Source: an uncultured Spirochaetota bacterium
GTDB taxonomy: Bacteria > Spirochaetota > Spirochaetia > SZUA-6 > DRHE01
Direction of reading: 5' to 3'
Length of the DNA stretch: 64,000 nt
Assembly (NCBI GenBank): GCA_963745745.1
Contig: CAVUYS010000097.1
Location: forward strand, 62,049-126,048
Below the pieces are notes generated by a model, which worked only from the letters and a program-made list of their open reading frames with translations, had not been told where the DNA came from and made no database searches. This document shows positions 1 to 8,801 of this stretch, one piece after another. The position numbers and the translations under genes were made by a program. Within the stretch, counting starts at the first letter, position 1; the number at the start of each line of letters is the position of its first letter.

Positions 1-331
1 CGCGCTCGGTGGGGGAAGCTCCCACCTCGAACCACAGCCGTCCCTGGATGAAGTTGCCGACGAAGTCTTCCTTCTGAATCGAGAACAGGCCGTAGTTGTA
101 GAAACGGGAGACGCCCAGGGTGGGGTCCTCGACGATCAAGGCCGTGTGCCCCCACCAGCTGTACAGCGGGGTGCCGGGCTCCACGGTCACCAGCTTGATC
201 ACCAGGTCCCGGGCCCGGCTGTGCCCCTGGGCCCAGGGGGCGGGGGCCGCGGAGGCCGGCGGCGCGGCCAGGAGGGCGCAGAAAAGCGCGGCCAGCAGGG
301 CCCCTGAAAGCGCGGCCGGCAATCGGGGCAC
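1..331 (-). CDS. DUF4105 / Lnb N-terminal domain protein (lipoprotein N-acyltransferase-like); runs off the window edge
   Basis: Own translation from GTG at 331: signal peptide MPRLPAALSGALLAALFCALLAAPPASA, then LVTVEPGTPLYSWWGHTALIVED...FYNYGLF, matching the PG-x3-Y-x3-GHTA and YNYGxF motifs of DUF4105. Not in the ORF track. Confidence 0.75.
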   Translation of the reverse strand, partial: MPRLPAALSGALLAALFCALLAAPPASAAPAPWAQGHSRARDLVIKLVTVEPGTPLYSWWGHTALIVEDPTLGVSRFYNYGLFSIQKEDFVGNFIQGRLWFEVGASPTER

Positions 332-338
332 CCGCCGC

Positions 339-1103
339 CTATGCCTGCTGGACTGGACCATCCGGCTCATCCGATCCTCCCTCATTGGCCTGCGCGGCTT
401 CGGCCGCGGCCCGCGCGCGCGCCTGGTCCATGGCCAGCGCCGCGCGTATCCGCCCGCGCAGCAGCAGGAAGCCCACCACGATCAGCGGCAGGACCAGCAG
501 GGCGGACCAGCCTCCCCACAGCGGCGCGGCGAAAAGCAGGAAGTCGTACAGCCCGTGGAAGCCCACGGCGGCCAGCAGGCCGCGGGCGATCAGCGCGTTG
601 GCCTCGGCGGGGGAAGAGGCGAAGCGGGCCCGGCCCAGGGAGTAGCCCATCAGCCCGGAGGCCACCGCGTGCAGGGGCACGGCGGTGAAGGCGCGCACCA
701 GCGCCGTGGCCACCGTCCCTCCCAGCACGTACAGCACGTTCTCCAGGCAGGCGAAGCCCAGCCCGGCCACCACCGTGTACACCACCCCATCCATGACCTC
801 GTCGAAGGCCCGGGCCCGGTAGGCGGTCAGGCGCACCACCGAGAGCTTCAGGTACTCCTCGATCAGGCCGGCCACGACGAAGGCCTTGAACAGCGCGTAT
901 CCGATCGAGTTGGGGTCGAAAGCGCGATGGAGCTGACCGACCAGCAGCTCCACGGGGATGGCCACCAGGGCGGAGAGCACCCCGAACAGGAAGACCTTGA
1001 CCACCAGCCCCTTGGGCTCGGGGCGGGCCCGGTCCTGCCGGTAGTAGTAGCGCACCAGGAACAGGGCCGGGATCACGGCCAGGGCGAAGGACAGAAGAGT
1101 CAT
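339..1103 (-). CDS. prsW: PrsW family intramembrane glutamic protease
   Basis: Multi-TM protein with the PrsW motifs IEEYLK, GLGFACLEN, PLHAVASG and HGLYDF. Confidence 0.9.
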   Translation of the reverse strand: MTLLSFALAVIPALFLVRYYYRQDRARPEPKGLVVKVFLFGVLSALVAIPVELLVGQLHRAFDPNSIGYALFKAFVVAGLIEEYLKLSVVRLTAYRARAFDEVMDGVVYTVVAGLGFACLENVLYVLGGTVATALVRAFTAVPLHAVASGLMGYSLGRARFASSPAEANALIARGLLAAVGFHGLYDFLLFAAPLWGGWSALLVLPLIVVGFLLLRGRIRAALAMDQARARAAAEAAQANEGGSDEPDGPVQQA

Positions 1104-2677
1104 TCCACGTACACCACGTCCATGACCTCCGGGGGGGTCTTGCCGGAGACGTCCAGCAGGACGGTGATTCCGCCCGCGCCGGCCAGCTGCACGATGCCAC
1201 GGGCTACCAGCACCTCGCTGGCCAGCCCCGAGGCGCGCCGGATCTGCACGCGCGCTCCGGTCTTGACGGCCAGGTCCACCAGCGGCTCCACCACCACCCG
1301 GCCCGACCCCACCGAGGAGACCGTGCCCAGCAGCTTGAACGGGGAGGCGGAAGCCCCCAGGCCGGCCCCGGCCGCCAGGATCTGGATCTCGCGGGCCACC
1401 GTGGCGTACAGGGGATCCTGCCGCGCCCGGGCCGCGAGCTGCGAGGTGAGCTGCTGCTTGCGGGCCGGGTCGGCCTTCATGTAGTCCAGGAAGGCGATGA
1501 CCTGCTTGAAGGCCTCCTCGCGGCCCAGCCGGGCGGCCTTGTCCTCGGCCGCGCGCACCGCCTGCGCCGAGGATTCCGCCCGGGAGGTGGCCGCGGCCAG
1601 TTGGCCGCTGAGCCGCGAGGCCTCCGCGTCGGAGGCCGCCTTGCGGGTGCGCAGGTCGCGCTGCAGCTCGGAGATCTGCCGGTCGCGACCCGCGACCTCG
1701 GCCCGGGTGCGGTCCAGTTCCGCGCGCAGGCTGTCCCGCTCGGCCGTGGCGGCATCGGCGGCCGTGGCGGCTGTTCCCGCGGCGGCTGCGGCGGCTCCCC
1801 CGCCGGCGCCCGCGGCCGCTTCGGGCTGGCCCCGCCGCGCGATCAGCTCGGTCAGGGCCTCCGCCACCAGCAGGTCCACGGGCAGCCGCTCGCGCAGCCC
1901 GGCGTTTTCCTGCATGACCGGCTCGCCCAGGATCGCCTTCAGGCCGGCCAGGCTTCCGCGCGCGCCGGCCAGCTGGTCATCCTGCAGCCTCTGCAGGGTC
2001 TGGGCCAGGGCGGCGCGGATGCGGTCGCCCACCAGGCGCTCCTGGTCGCGCGCGTCGGCCAGCTCCTGCAAACGCAGCCCGGCGCGAATCTGGGCCACCT
2101 CCGCGGACAGGACGGCCTGGCGCTCCGCCTCCAGGGCGCGAAGGCGGGCCTCCACTTCGGCGACGGCCAGGCCGCGGGCGTTGAGCCTCTCCCGTTCGGC
2201 CTTCAGTTCGGCGTCCATGGAACGGCGCAGATCTTGTTCCCGCTCCCGCAGGCGCTGCGCCAGGCTCAACTCGCCGGCGCGCAGCCGCTGCTGGGCTTCC
2301 TGGGCCTGGGCCTGCTCCTCCTGCAGGCGGCTCTCCGACTGCCGCCGGAACACCTCCAGGAGGCGGCCCTCTGCGGACTGGAAGCCCGCGCTGGCCAGGG
2401 ACACGGCGCCCTGCTCCCCGCGGAACACGTAGCCCAGGCTGAGGAAGCCCAGGGCCACGACCACGGCGGCCGCTGCGTTGATCAGGATCGGATACAGGAT
2501 GCCTTTCTTGCGGGCTCTGACGGCCAGCTCGGCGGGGGCCGCGGGCCGGCGGCCCTCGGCCATGACCTGGTCGATCTGGCGCAGGATGCGGGCGCGCACC
2601 TCCGGGGAGACCTGCACCTCCTCCTGCAGCACATCGTTGGCGAGGTCTTGCGCGCCGGCGGGCAGCTTCGGGTCCAT
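1100..2677 (-). CDS. Single-TM, long coiled-coil hypothetical protein with a C-terminal beta-rich (FlgT-C-like) domain; paralog of 39997-42498
   Basis: TM segment ILYPILINAAAAVVVALGFLSLGYVF, then SAEGRLL and heptad-rich E/Q/R/L sequence. Start moved to ATG 2677, downstream of a TATAAT box. Stop overlaps the prsW start (ATGA). Confidence 0.75.
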   Translation of the reverse strand: MDPKLPAGAQDLANDVLQEEVQVSPEVRARILRQIDQVMAEGRRPAAPAELAVRARKKGILYPILINAAAAVVVALGFLSLGYVFRGEQGAVSLASAGFQSAEGRLLEVFRRQSESRLQEEQAQAQEAQQRLRAGELSLAQRLREREQDLRRSMDAELKAERERLNARGLAVAEVEARLRALEAERQAVLSAEVAQIRAGLRLQELADARDQERLVGDRIRAALAQTLQRLQDDQLAGARGSLAGLKAILGEPVMQENAGLRERLPVDLLVAEALTELIARRGQPEAAAGAGGGAAAAAAGTAATAADAATAERDSLRAELDRTRAEVAGRDRQISELQRDLRTRKAASDAEASRLSGQLAAATSRAESSAQAVRAAEDKAARLGREEAFKQVIAFLDYMKADPARKQQLTSQLAARARQDPLYATVAREIQILAAGAGLGASASPFKLLGTVSSVGSGRVVVEPLVDLAVKTGARVQIRRASGLASEVLVARGIVQLAGAGGITVLLDVSGKTPPEVMDVVYVE

Positions 2678-2686
2678 CCGCCGTGG

Positions 2687-2738
2687 ATTATACCCGCCCA
2701 GCTGCGCAATGGACAAGCAACCTGCGCTGTGCCAAACT
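2687..2738. promoter_or_regulatory. Overlapping divergent sigma70-like promoters
   Basis: Minus strand: TTGTCC (2711-2716), 18 nt, TATAAT (2687-2692). Plus strand: TGGACA (2710-2715), 17 nt, TGn-CAAACT (2733-2738). Confidence 0.5.
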
Positions 2739-2745
2739 GCCGGGC

Positions 2746-4404
2746 GTGAGCATCCGGGCCAAGATCATCCTGATCGTATTGCCCCTGCTGGTGGCCACCC
2801 TGGTGCTGACCAGCATCGCCTCCTCCTTCTCCGCCCGCAACGGCATCACGCGCGTGGCCGTGCGCTTCCTGGCCTTCAAGGCCCAGAGCCTGCGCAACTA
2901 CCTGGGCAGCCAGTGGGACCTGCTGTCCGCCCAGGGACTGCAGGACCAGCCCGAGTACCGGGAGGCGGTCCGCCAGGCCGGCGACTCCTACGCCCGCACC
3001 CTGCTGGAGAGCCCCTCCGAGCGCATCCTGGCCCTGGACCCCTCCGCCCGGGCGGTGCTGTTCACCGGGGAGCAGGCCCTGCCCGCCCCGGAGGCAGCGC
3101 GCCTGCTGGAGGCGCTACGCCGCCGGGGGGAGGGCTGGGTGGCCCTGGAGATGGCCGGGGAGCCCCGGGTGGGCTACGCCTTCGACTTCGCGCCCCTGGA
3201 CTGGCGCTGCTGGATCAGCGAAAACCGCGACGTGTTCTACCGGGACATCACCGCCATGCTGACCCGCAACGCGGTGATCATGGCCCTGGCCTGCGCCGTC
3301 TCCCTGGCCCTGCTGCTGGTGTTCGCCCGCTACCTGACCCGGCCCCTGAGCGGCATGGTGGCGGCCATGCGGCGGATCATCGCCGAGCACGACCTGACCG
3401 CCCGCGTGGCGGTGGAGTACCCGGACGAGACCGGCAAGCTGGCCCACACCTTCAATCTCACGGTGGCCGAGCTGGAGAAGGCCTACAACCAGATCAAGGA
3501 TTTCGCCTTCAAGGCCGTGCTGGCCCGCCAGCGGGAACAGGAAATCCGCAATATCTTCCAGGTGTACGTGCCCAAGGAGGTCATCGAGAAGTTCTTCAGC
3601 AATCCCGAATCCCTGCTGATCGGGGAGAACCGGGAGCTGGCCGTGATGATTTCCGACATCCGCGGCTTCACGGCCATCGCCGAGCGCATGCCCCCGGACC
3701 GCATGGTGGAGACTCTCAACCGCTACTTCTCCCCGATGGTGGACGTGATCATGCGCCGGGGCGGCATCGTGGACAAATACATGGGGGATGCCATCATGGC
3801 TTTCTTCGGCTCGCCGGTCAGCCACCCCGATGACGCCCTGGAGGCGGTCTTAAGCGCCCTGGACATGCTGGAGGCGCTGGCGCAGTTCAACCGGCAGCAA
3901 GCCGAGCATGGCCAGCCGCAGTTCCAGGTCGGCACGGGCATCAACTTCGGGCAGGTGACCGTCGGCAACATCGGCTCCGAAAAGAAGATGAACTACACGG
4001 TGATCGGCGACATGGTGAACCTGGCCTCCCGCCTGGAAGGCCTGACCAAGATCTACAAGCTGGAGCTGATCTTCTCGGAGAGCGTATACAAGCAGGTCTG
4101 CGGCCACCTGCCCTGTCGCCTGGTGGACAAGGTGCAGGTCAGAGGCAAGAGCCAGGGGGAGCGCATCTTCACCGCCCGGCGCAGCATCGGGGAGGTGGAG
4201 AAGAAGGCCTGGGCCCTGCACCACGAGGCCCTGCACTACTACCACCGGCGCCAGTTCGGCGAGGCCGCGGACCTTTTCCGGGAGGTGGGCGCCCTTATTC
4301 CGGACGACGTGGTTTCCGCCCGCTTCTACGAGGACTGCGTCGGCTTCCAGAAGGCGCCGCCGCCCCCGGACTGGACCGGCCTGCGCGTGCTTACCGAGAA
4401 GTAG
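2746..4404 (+). CDS. Membrane class III adenylate cyclase (2 TM, periplasmic domain, HAMP, cyclase domain, C-terminal TPR-like tail)
   Basis: SDIRGFT, DKYMGDAIMAFFG and NYTVIGDMVNLASRLEG show the metal Asp pair, the Lys/Thr adenine-specifying residues and catalytic Asn/Arg. Start GTG 2746 (VSIRAKII) aligns with the paralog start MGIRAKII. Confidence 0.92.
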   Translation: MSIRAKIILIVLPLLVATLVLTSIASSFSARNGITRVAVRFLAFKAQSLRNYLGSQWDLLSAQGLQDQPEYREAVRQAGDSYARTLLESPSERILALDPSARAVLFTGEQALPAPEAARLLEALRRRGEGWVALEMAGEPRVGYAFDFAPLDWRCWISENRDVFYRDITAMLTRNAVIMALACAVSLALLLVFARYLTRPLSGMVAAMRRIIAEHDLTARVAVEYPDETGKLAHTFNLTVAELEKAYNQIKDFAFKAVLARQREQEIRNIFQVYVPKEVIEKFFSNPESLLIGENRELAVMISDIRGFTAIAERMPPDRMVETLNRYFSPMVDVIMRRGGIVDKYMGDAIMAFFGSPVSHPDDALEAVLSALDMLEALAQFNRQQAEHGQPQFQVGTGINFGQVTVGNIGSEKKMNYTVIGDMVNLASRLEGLTKIYKLELIFSESVYKQVCGHLPCRLVDKVQVRGKSQGERIFTARRSIGEVEKKAWALHHEALHYYHRRQFGEAADLFREVGALIPDDVVSARFYEDCVGFQKAPPPPDWTGLRVLTEK

Positions 4405-5584
4405 GGCGTTCCAGATCGGATCCGATTGCTTCCCCGAGCGAATCGGTTATCCCCTGAATGGCCTCATTCGGCGGACAGCCGCGGATGAGCAGAGCATCCC
4501 CCCTTTGGCGGTTTCCCAGACAGTTGCCATAGTAGATGATCCTTCTGCCCGCAGCCACCGCCGAAGCATCTGCCGAAGGTCCGACCAGAATCGAGATAGG
4601 CTCATGTTCCCGGAAATAGTCCGAATACAGGGAAATGAACTGCCCAAGCTCGTTTAGGCAGGCGCTGCATGGCTGGCCCTGGATAATCTGGATCTTACCT
4701 TTGCTGGCTTCCGCCAATTGGAAAGGGTCGTTCGGCGGGGCGAAGTGAAACTTCCCAGCAACGGCATCAAGGCTTTCGCCCTTGATGTCAATTTCCGCGG
4801 AATTGATCGTGCCGATCCCCGCTTCGGCGGCGAGACGAAGATGCGGGATGTCCGCCGGATCAAAGCCCATGCAGCGCGTGCACACCGCATCCACAGCGAC
4901 CGGATCCGTGCCGGCGAAAATGAGGCCGCTGGGATAGCATACCTTGCGGATCATGTCCCGGCCCAAGGTCGCATCCACGATCGCCAGCCCAGGCCGGAGG
5001 GTTTTGATCAAGTCCGCGATTCCCTGGTTCAGCCCCTCGCAATGAAACTTGCGCTTCCAGGCTCCGGGAAGAACGCCCTTCATGTTCTTGACGCTGAGCG
5101 AAACGTTGGTCACGTTCACGGATTTCATACAGGCCACGCTGATCACCATCGCGGCTTCCAGCGCTATCCTGGAAATGGCCAGTTCCGGAAAGAATGCCGC
5201 CCCTGGCACTTTCACCTTCGCGGTCCCGGCTTGGCGCAGACTGACGACCCGGGCCCCGGCCTGCTCGGCGATCTCGTGGATCCGGTAGAAGCCATAGGCG
5301 TCCTTCTCCGAGGCCGGTATGGCAGAGTCTTCCCCGATGAGCACGTCGCAGCCGAAGTCGGCGAAAATCTTCGCTGTTGCCCAGGTTACCTGCGGATTCG
5401 TGCAATCCAGGCTGTTGGGAAGGGCAATGTTCGGCTTGACCAGAACCTGCTTTCCTTTGACGCCTAAGCTCGCCAGTCCTCCAGCCAACTCGATGGACTG
5501 CTTCACCGCCTCCAACACCGTCTTGTCCAGCGATTGGGCTGGCACCCGCACGATGGAAACGACCGATTTCGCCGATCTTCCCAT
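4391..5584 (-). CDS. DUF362 Fe-S protein with a Cys-rich C-terminal domain
   Basis: VLVKPN, TNPQV, SVKNMKG and DPVAVDAVC are DUF362 motifs. The C-terminus has CSAC...GNC...GCPP. Confidence 0.85.
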   Translation of the reverse strand: MGRSAKSVVSIVRVPAQSLDKTVLEAVKQSIELAGGLASLGVKGKQVLVKPNIALPNSLDCTNPQVTWATAKIFADFGCDVLIGEDSAIPASEKDAYGFYRIHEIAEQAGARVVSLRQAGTAKVKVPGAAFFPELAISRIALEAAMVISVACMKSVNVTNVSLSVKNMKGVLPGAWKRKFHCEGLNQGIADLIKTLRPGLAIVDATLGRDMIRKVCYPSGLIFAGTDPVAVDAVCTRCMGFDPADIPHLRLAAEAGIGTINSAEIDIKGESLDAVAGKFHFAPPNDPFQLAEASKGKIQIIQGQPCSACLNELGQFISLYSDYFREHEPISILVGPSADASAVAAGRRIIYYGNCLGNRQRGDALLIRGCPPNEAIQGITDSLGEAIGSDLERPTSR

Positions 5585-5585
5585 G

Positions 5586-6500
5586 CTAGTGCCTCAAGCT
5601 GACTGCAATTCCCGCTTCCTGGAAGACTGCCTCGATTCTCGCCAACTCCGTCTCGGACTGCGAGGCAGTATCCGCCAGCGGGAAGCGCCTGCCGAGGAGC
5701 TCGTATTTCGAACCGGCAGCCAAATTGAACGGCAATATCTCCAATTTCTCGGACCCCCGTTTAAGGTATTCGATCATGGCCAAAATGTTGTCGGTGGAGT
5801 CGTTGCCGCCAGGGATCAAGGGGAAGCGCACGATCACCGTTTTGCGGCGCTGCCGGAGCCTTTGAAAGTTTTCCAGGATAAGCAGGTTGGATACCCCGGT
5901 CAGCCGGGCATGCCGCTCGGCGTCCAGGTGCTTGAGGTCGTAAAGGAAAAGGTCCACTAGATCGACGATCCTTTCCAGGTGGGCCCATTCCACGTGCCCT
6001 GACGTATCCAGGGCCGTGCAGATGCCTGCCTGCCGGCACTTTTCCAGCAACTCGCGCAGGAAATTGACCTGCAGGGTGGGCTCACCCCCGGAAATGGTGA
6101 CCCCGCCGCCGGAGTTGTCATAGAAGACCTTGTCCTCTTCTATTTTGCGGAAGACCTCCTCGGCGGTCATCCATTTGCCGATCAGGCGCAGGGCCAGCGA
6201 GGGGCAGACTTCGGCGCAGCCGCCGCAGGCGTTGCAGCGTTCCCACCGCACCCGGCGCCCTTGGGCGTCCATTTCCTGGGCCGCGGTCGGGCACACGGTC
6301 ACGCAGCGCCCGCAGTGAATGCACTTCTTTTCGTGGAAGACCAGCTGGGGGCGTTTGCCTATGGACTCAGGTGATGCGCACCAAAGACAATGCAGAGGAC
6401 AGCCCTTGAGGAAGACTGTGGTGCGAATTCCCGGCCCATCATCGACGGCCATCCGCTTCAGGTCGAAAATCAAGCCACGCGGCGGGGAGCCTTCAAGCAT
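5586..6500 (-). CDS. Glycyl radical enzyme activating enzyme (radical SAM with a 2x[4Fe-4S] insert)
   Basis: DGPGIRTTVFLKGCPLHCLWC, two ferredoxin motifs (CIHCGRCVTVCP, CNACGGCAEVCP) and GGVTISGGEP. ATG 6500 overlaps the GRE stop. Confidence 0.95.
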   Translation of the reverse strand: MLEGSPPRGLIFDLKRMAVDDGPGIRTTVFLKGCPLHCLWCASPESIGKRPQLVFHEKKCIHCGRCVTVCPTAAQEMDAQGRRVRWERCNACGGCAEVCPSLALRLIGKWMTAEEVFRKIEEDKVFYDNSGGGVTISGGEPTLQVNFLRELLEKCRQAGICTALDTSGHVEWAHLERIVDLVDLFLYDLKHLDAERHARLTGVSNLLILENFQRLRQRRKTVIVRFPLIPGGNDSTDNILAMIEYLKRGSEKLEILPFNLAAGSKYELLGRRFPLADTASQSETELARIEAVFQEAGIAVSLRH

Positions 6501-8784
6501 ACTGCTCCAGTCGGGCAATGTGGTGGTCCTGATGCTCCCTGGTCAGATCGACGAAGTAGGCCTGCCAACCGCCCATGCGCACGCGCAGGTGCCTGTACTT
6601 CTCCGGCTCCCGCTGCGCCTGCCGCAGTTCCTCGACGCTGTTTGCCGTGATGTTGAGCATGTTTCCACCCTTGTCCAGGAAAGTCCGCGCCAGGGCAATC
6701 AGCCGCTCCAGGCCCTCCTCTCCCTCCAGGAACTTCTTGTCGACAGACAGGTCCAAGGGAGAACCGGTAGCCAGGTCCTGCAAACCCAGGCTAGTAAAGG
6801 AGTTGATCGTTGAAGTGACACCCTCCAAAGCCACGCCCAGGGAGGGCGAGAGGTTGGAGCTCAGCGGCTCCCGCGACCGCCTGCCGTCGGGGAGGGCGCC
6901 CAAGAAGGAGCCCCCGAGCATGTAAAACTCGAAGCTGCCGACACCGGTGGGAAAAAGGATCCGACTTTCGGCGTACCCCCTGGCGATTTCCTGGATTTCG
7001 CCGTTGAACAACGTGAGGACTCGTTTGCCGATGGAATCGGCATACTCGTCATTGTTGCCGAACTTGGGCGCATGCGTGAGCAGCGCCTGACGGAGGTCCT
7101 CCCGCCGCTCGAAATTGCTCTTCAAAGCGGCCATGATTTCCCGCATTGTCGCGACGCGGTCGTCGAAAACAAGCTTTTTGAGTGCAGCCAGGGAATCCAC
7201 GACATGCGAAAAACCCATGAGGATCATGGCATGCATGATGTACCGTGCCCCGCCCTGAGTGACATCAAGGCCTTGTTCCAGGCAGGGCTCGATCAGCGAG
7301 GAAAGAAAAGGCACCGGAGCGATGCGGTAGAGGTTTCCGTAGTTGCTGATGACCAAACCCATCAGCTTCTTCAACTGGAAGGAAAGCTGAAACCGGAAAG
7401 CCGCGAAGACCTCCTCAAAGCTCTGGAAGGCAAGCGGATCCGGGCTTTCGCACCCTTGCCTTTCACCGGTTAGCCTGTTGAACCCCTGGTTCAGGGCAAA
7501 TTCCATGACCTGGGCGGCGTTCACCAGGTAGTAGCGAAACTCCGTTTTGCCCGGAATCAGGGTCTCCCAGCAGCCGTCATTGGAGTAGCCTCGCGCATCG
7601 CTGACGGAGATCCCAAGCTTCCTGATCGAGGGCACGAGCACCTCGTCGTTGTAGATGGTCGGCTGCCCACCCCCTTGGCGGATGATCTCGCAGGTCTTCC
7701 GCAGGAGCTCGGGAGGCGAACCCTTGAAATTCCGGACTGTTACCGTGGGATTGGTCAGTTCAAATTTCTGGGTGGCATTCAAGCAGAGGAAGGTCATAAG
7801 GTTGGAGGCATCGCCGCCATCCTCCCTCTGCCCCGCCAGAATCACGTTCTGCAAGAAGTTCTGGTGCAGCACGTTCCTGTCCAAGACCACCGCCATCCCG
7901 CCCAGATGAAAGGCGTAGGGGTCGAGAAAGTCCTGAGCAAGCTCTCTATCCTGGTAGCGTTCATTGAACTTCAACCACAGGCAATCAATGATTTCCTGGG
8001 CGCGCAGCAAGGTCATCTTGCCCGCGTCCAGATCGCGCTGCAGGAATGGGAACAGGTACTGGTCGATCCTGCCGATCGGTATCAGGTTGAGGGTGCTGTG
8101 AAAGATCAGGTGGAGAAACCAGAAAAACTGCACCGCTTCGTGGAACCCGCGCGGGGGATTCTCCGGAACCCACCGGCAGATCGAGGCGATTTCTGACAGC
8201 TCCGCTTTGCGCCCCTGGTCCTGCTCCTGCTCGGACAGGGACCTGGCCAGCCGTGCATAACGGTTGGCCAGGGCGATCGTTGCGTCACAGGAGCGGATCA
8301 CCGCTTCGTAGAAGGCGGCTTTCTCGGCAAGCACCTTCCCTTCGCCAGGCAGGCCCTGAAGCTTCATCTCTGCCTGCGCCCTGATCCCCTTGATTCCGGC
8401 TCTCAAGGCTTGAGGATAATCCGGGACATAATGGCCCCAGACGGAAAAGGGGGACAGGTGCCGCTCGGCCGCCCAGGCCTTTTCCTGTTCGGTGGCGTAG
8501 TCCGGAAAAAGCCCGCCGGTGCCCACGGAGCTCAACCGCACGATCCCTACCACCAACTCGCCTTCCTTGATGGCGATCGGCATTTCCGTCATCACTTCCT
8601 CGAAGGCAAGCGCCTGGCGGTAGATCAGGGGCTTGTTCCTGTTCTCCTCCGTCAGCACGGAATGATCCCCCTGCCATTCCTCCTTGCGGCCGTGCATTTC
8701 GTTGCGCAGGCGCAGGTACAGGCTGCTGACCCGGGAACTCTTCTGAATGTGCTCCGCGCTCAGGCAATCCGAAATCTCGTTCAT
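6493..8784 (-). CDS. Glycyl radical enzyme (PFL-like superfamily), uncharacterised subtype
   Basis: GRIDQYLFP, Cys loop YSNDGCWE, ALPDGR and Gly loop LRVRMGGWQAYF; adjacent to a GRE activase. Start taken at ATG 8784 (MNEISD) to avoid overlapping the upstream gene. Confidence 0.92.
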   Translation of the reverse strand: MNEISDCLSAEHIQKSSRVSSLYLRLRNEMHGRKEEWQGDHSVLTEENRNKPLIYRQALAFEEVMTEMPIAIKEGELVVGIVRLSSVGTGGLFPDYATEQEKAWAAERHLSPFSVWGHYVPDYPQALRAGIKGIRAQAEMKLQGLPGEGKVLAEKAAFYEAVIRSCDATIALANRYARLARSLSEQEQDQGRKAELSEIASICRWVPENPPRGFHEAVQFFWFLHLIFHSTLNLIPIGRIDQYLFPFLQRDLDAGKMTLLRAQEIIDCLWLKFNERYQDRELAQDFLDPYAFHLGGMAVVLDRNVLHQNFLQNVILAGQREDGGDASNLMTFLCLNATQKFELTNPTVTVRNFKGSPPELLRKTCEIIRQGGGQPTIYNDEVLVPSIRKLGISVSDARGYSNDGCWETLIPGKTEFRYYLVNAAQVMEFALNQGFNRLTGERQGCESPDPLAFQSFEEVFAAFRFQLSFQLKKLMGLVISNYGNLYRIAPVPFLSSLIEPCLEQGLDVTQGGARYIMHAMILMGFSHVVDSLAALKKLVFDDRVATMREIMAALKSNFERREDLRQALLTHAPKFGNNDEYADSIGKRVLTLFNGEIQEIARGYAESRILFPTGVGSFEFYMLGGSFLGALPDGRRSREPLSSNLSPSLGVALEGVTSTINSFTSLGLQDLATGSPLDLSVDKKFLEGEEGLERLIALARTFLDKGGNMLNITANSVEELRQAQREPEKYRHLRVRMGGWQAYFVDLTREHQDHHIARLEQYA

Positions 8785-8801
8785 GTGCCCGCTCCGTTGG
8801 C

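Noticed and set aside
120-2749. Long antisense ORFs (for example 120-1484 and 1601-2749; also 40252-42591 and 45231-46799)
   Set aside because: Typical stop-poor shadows of high-GC genes, with no recognisable motifs.
6493-8784. Calling the GRE pyruvate formate-lyase or choline TMA-lyase
   Set aside because: It lacks the PFL Cys-Cys pair and the GCVEP/RVAGY motifs, and there are no microcompartment genes.
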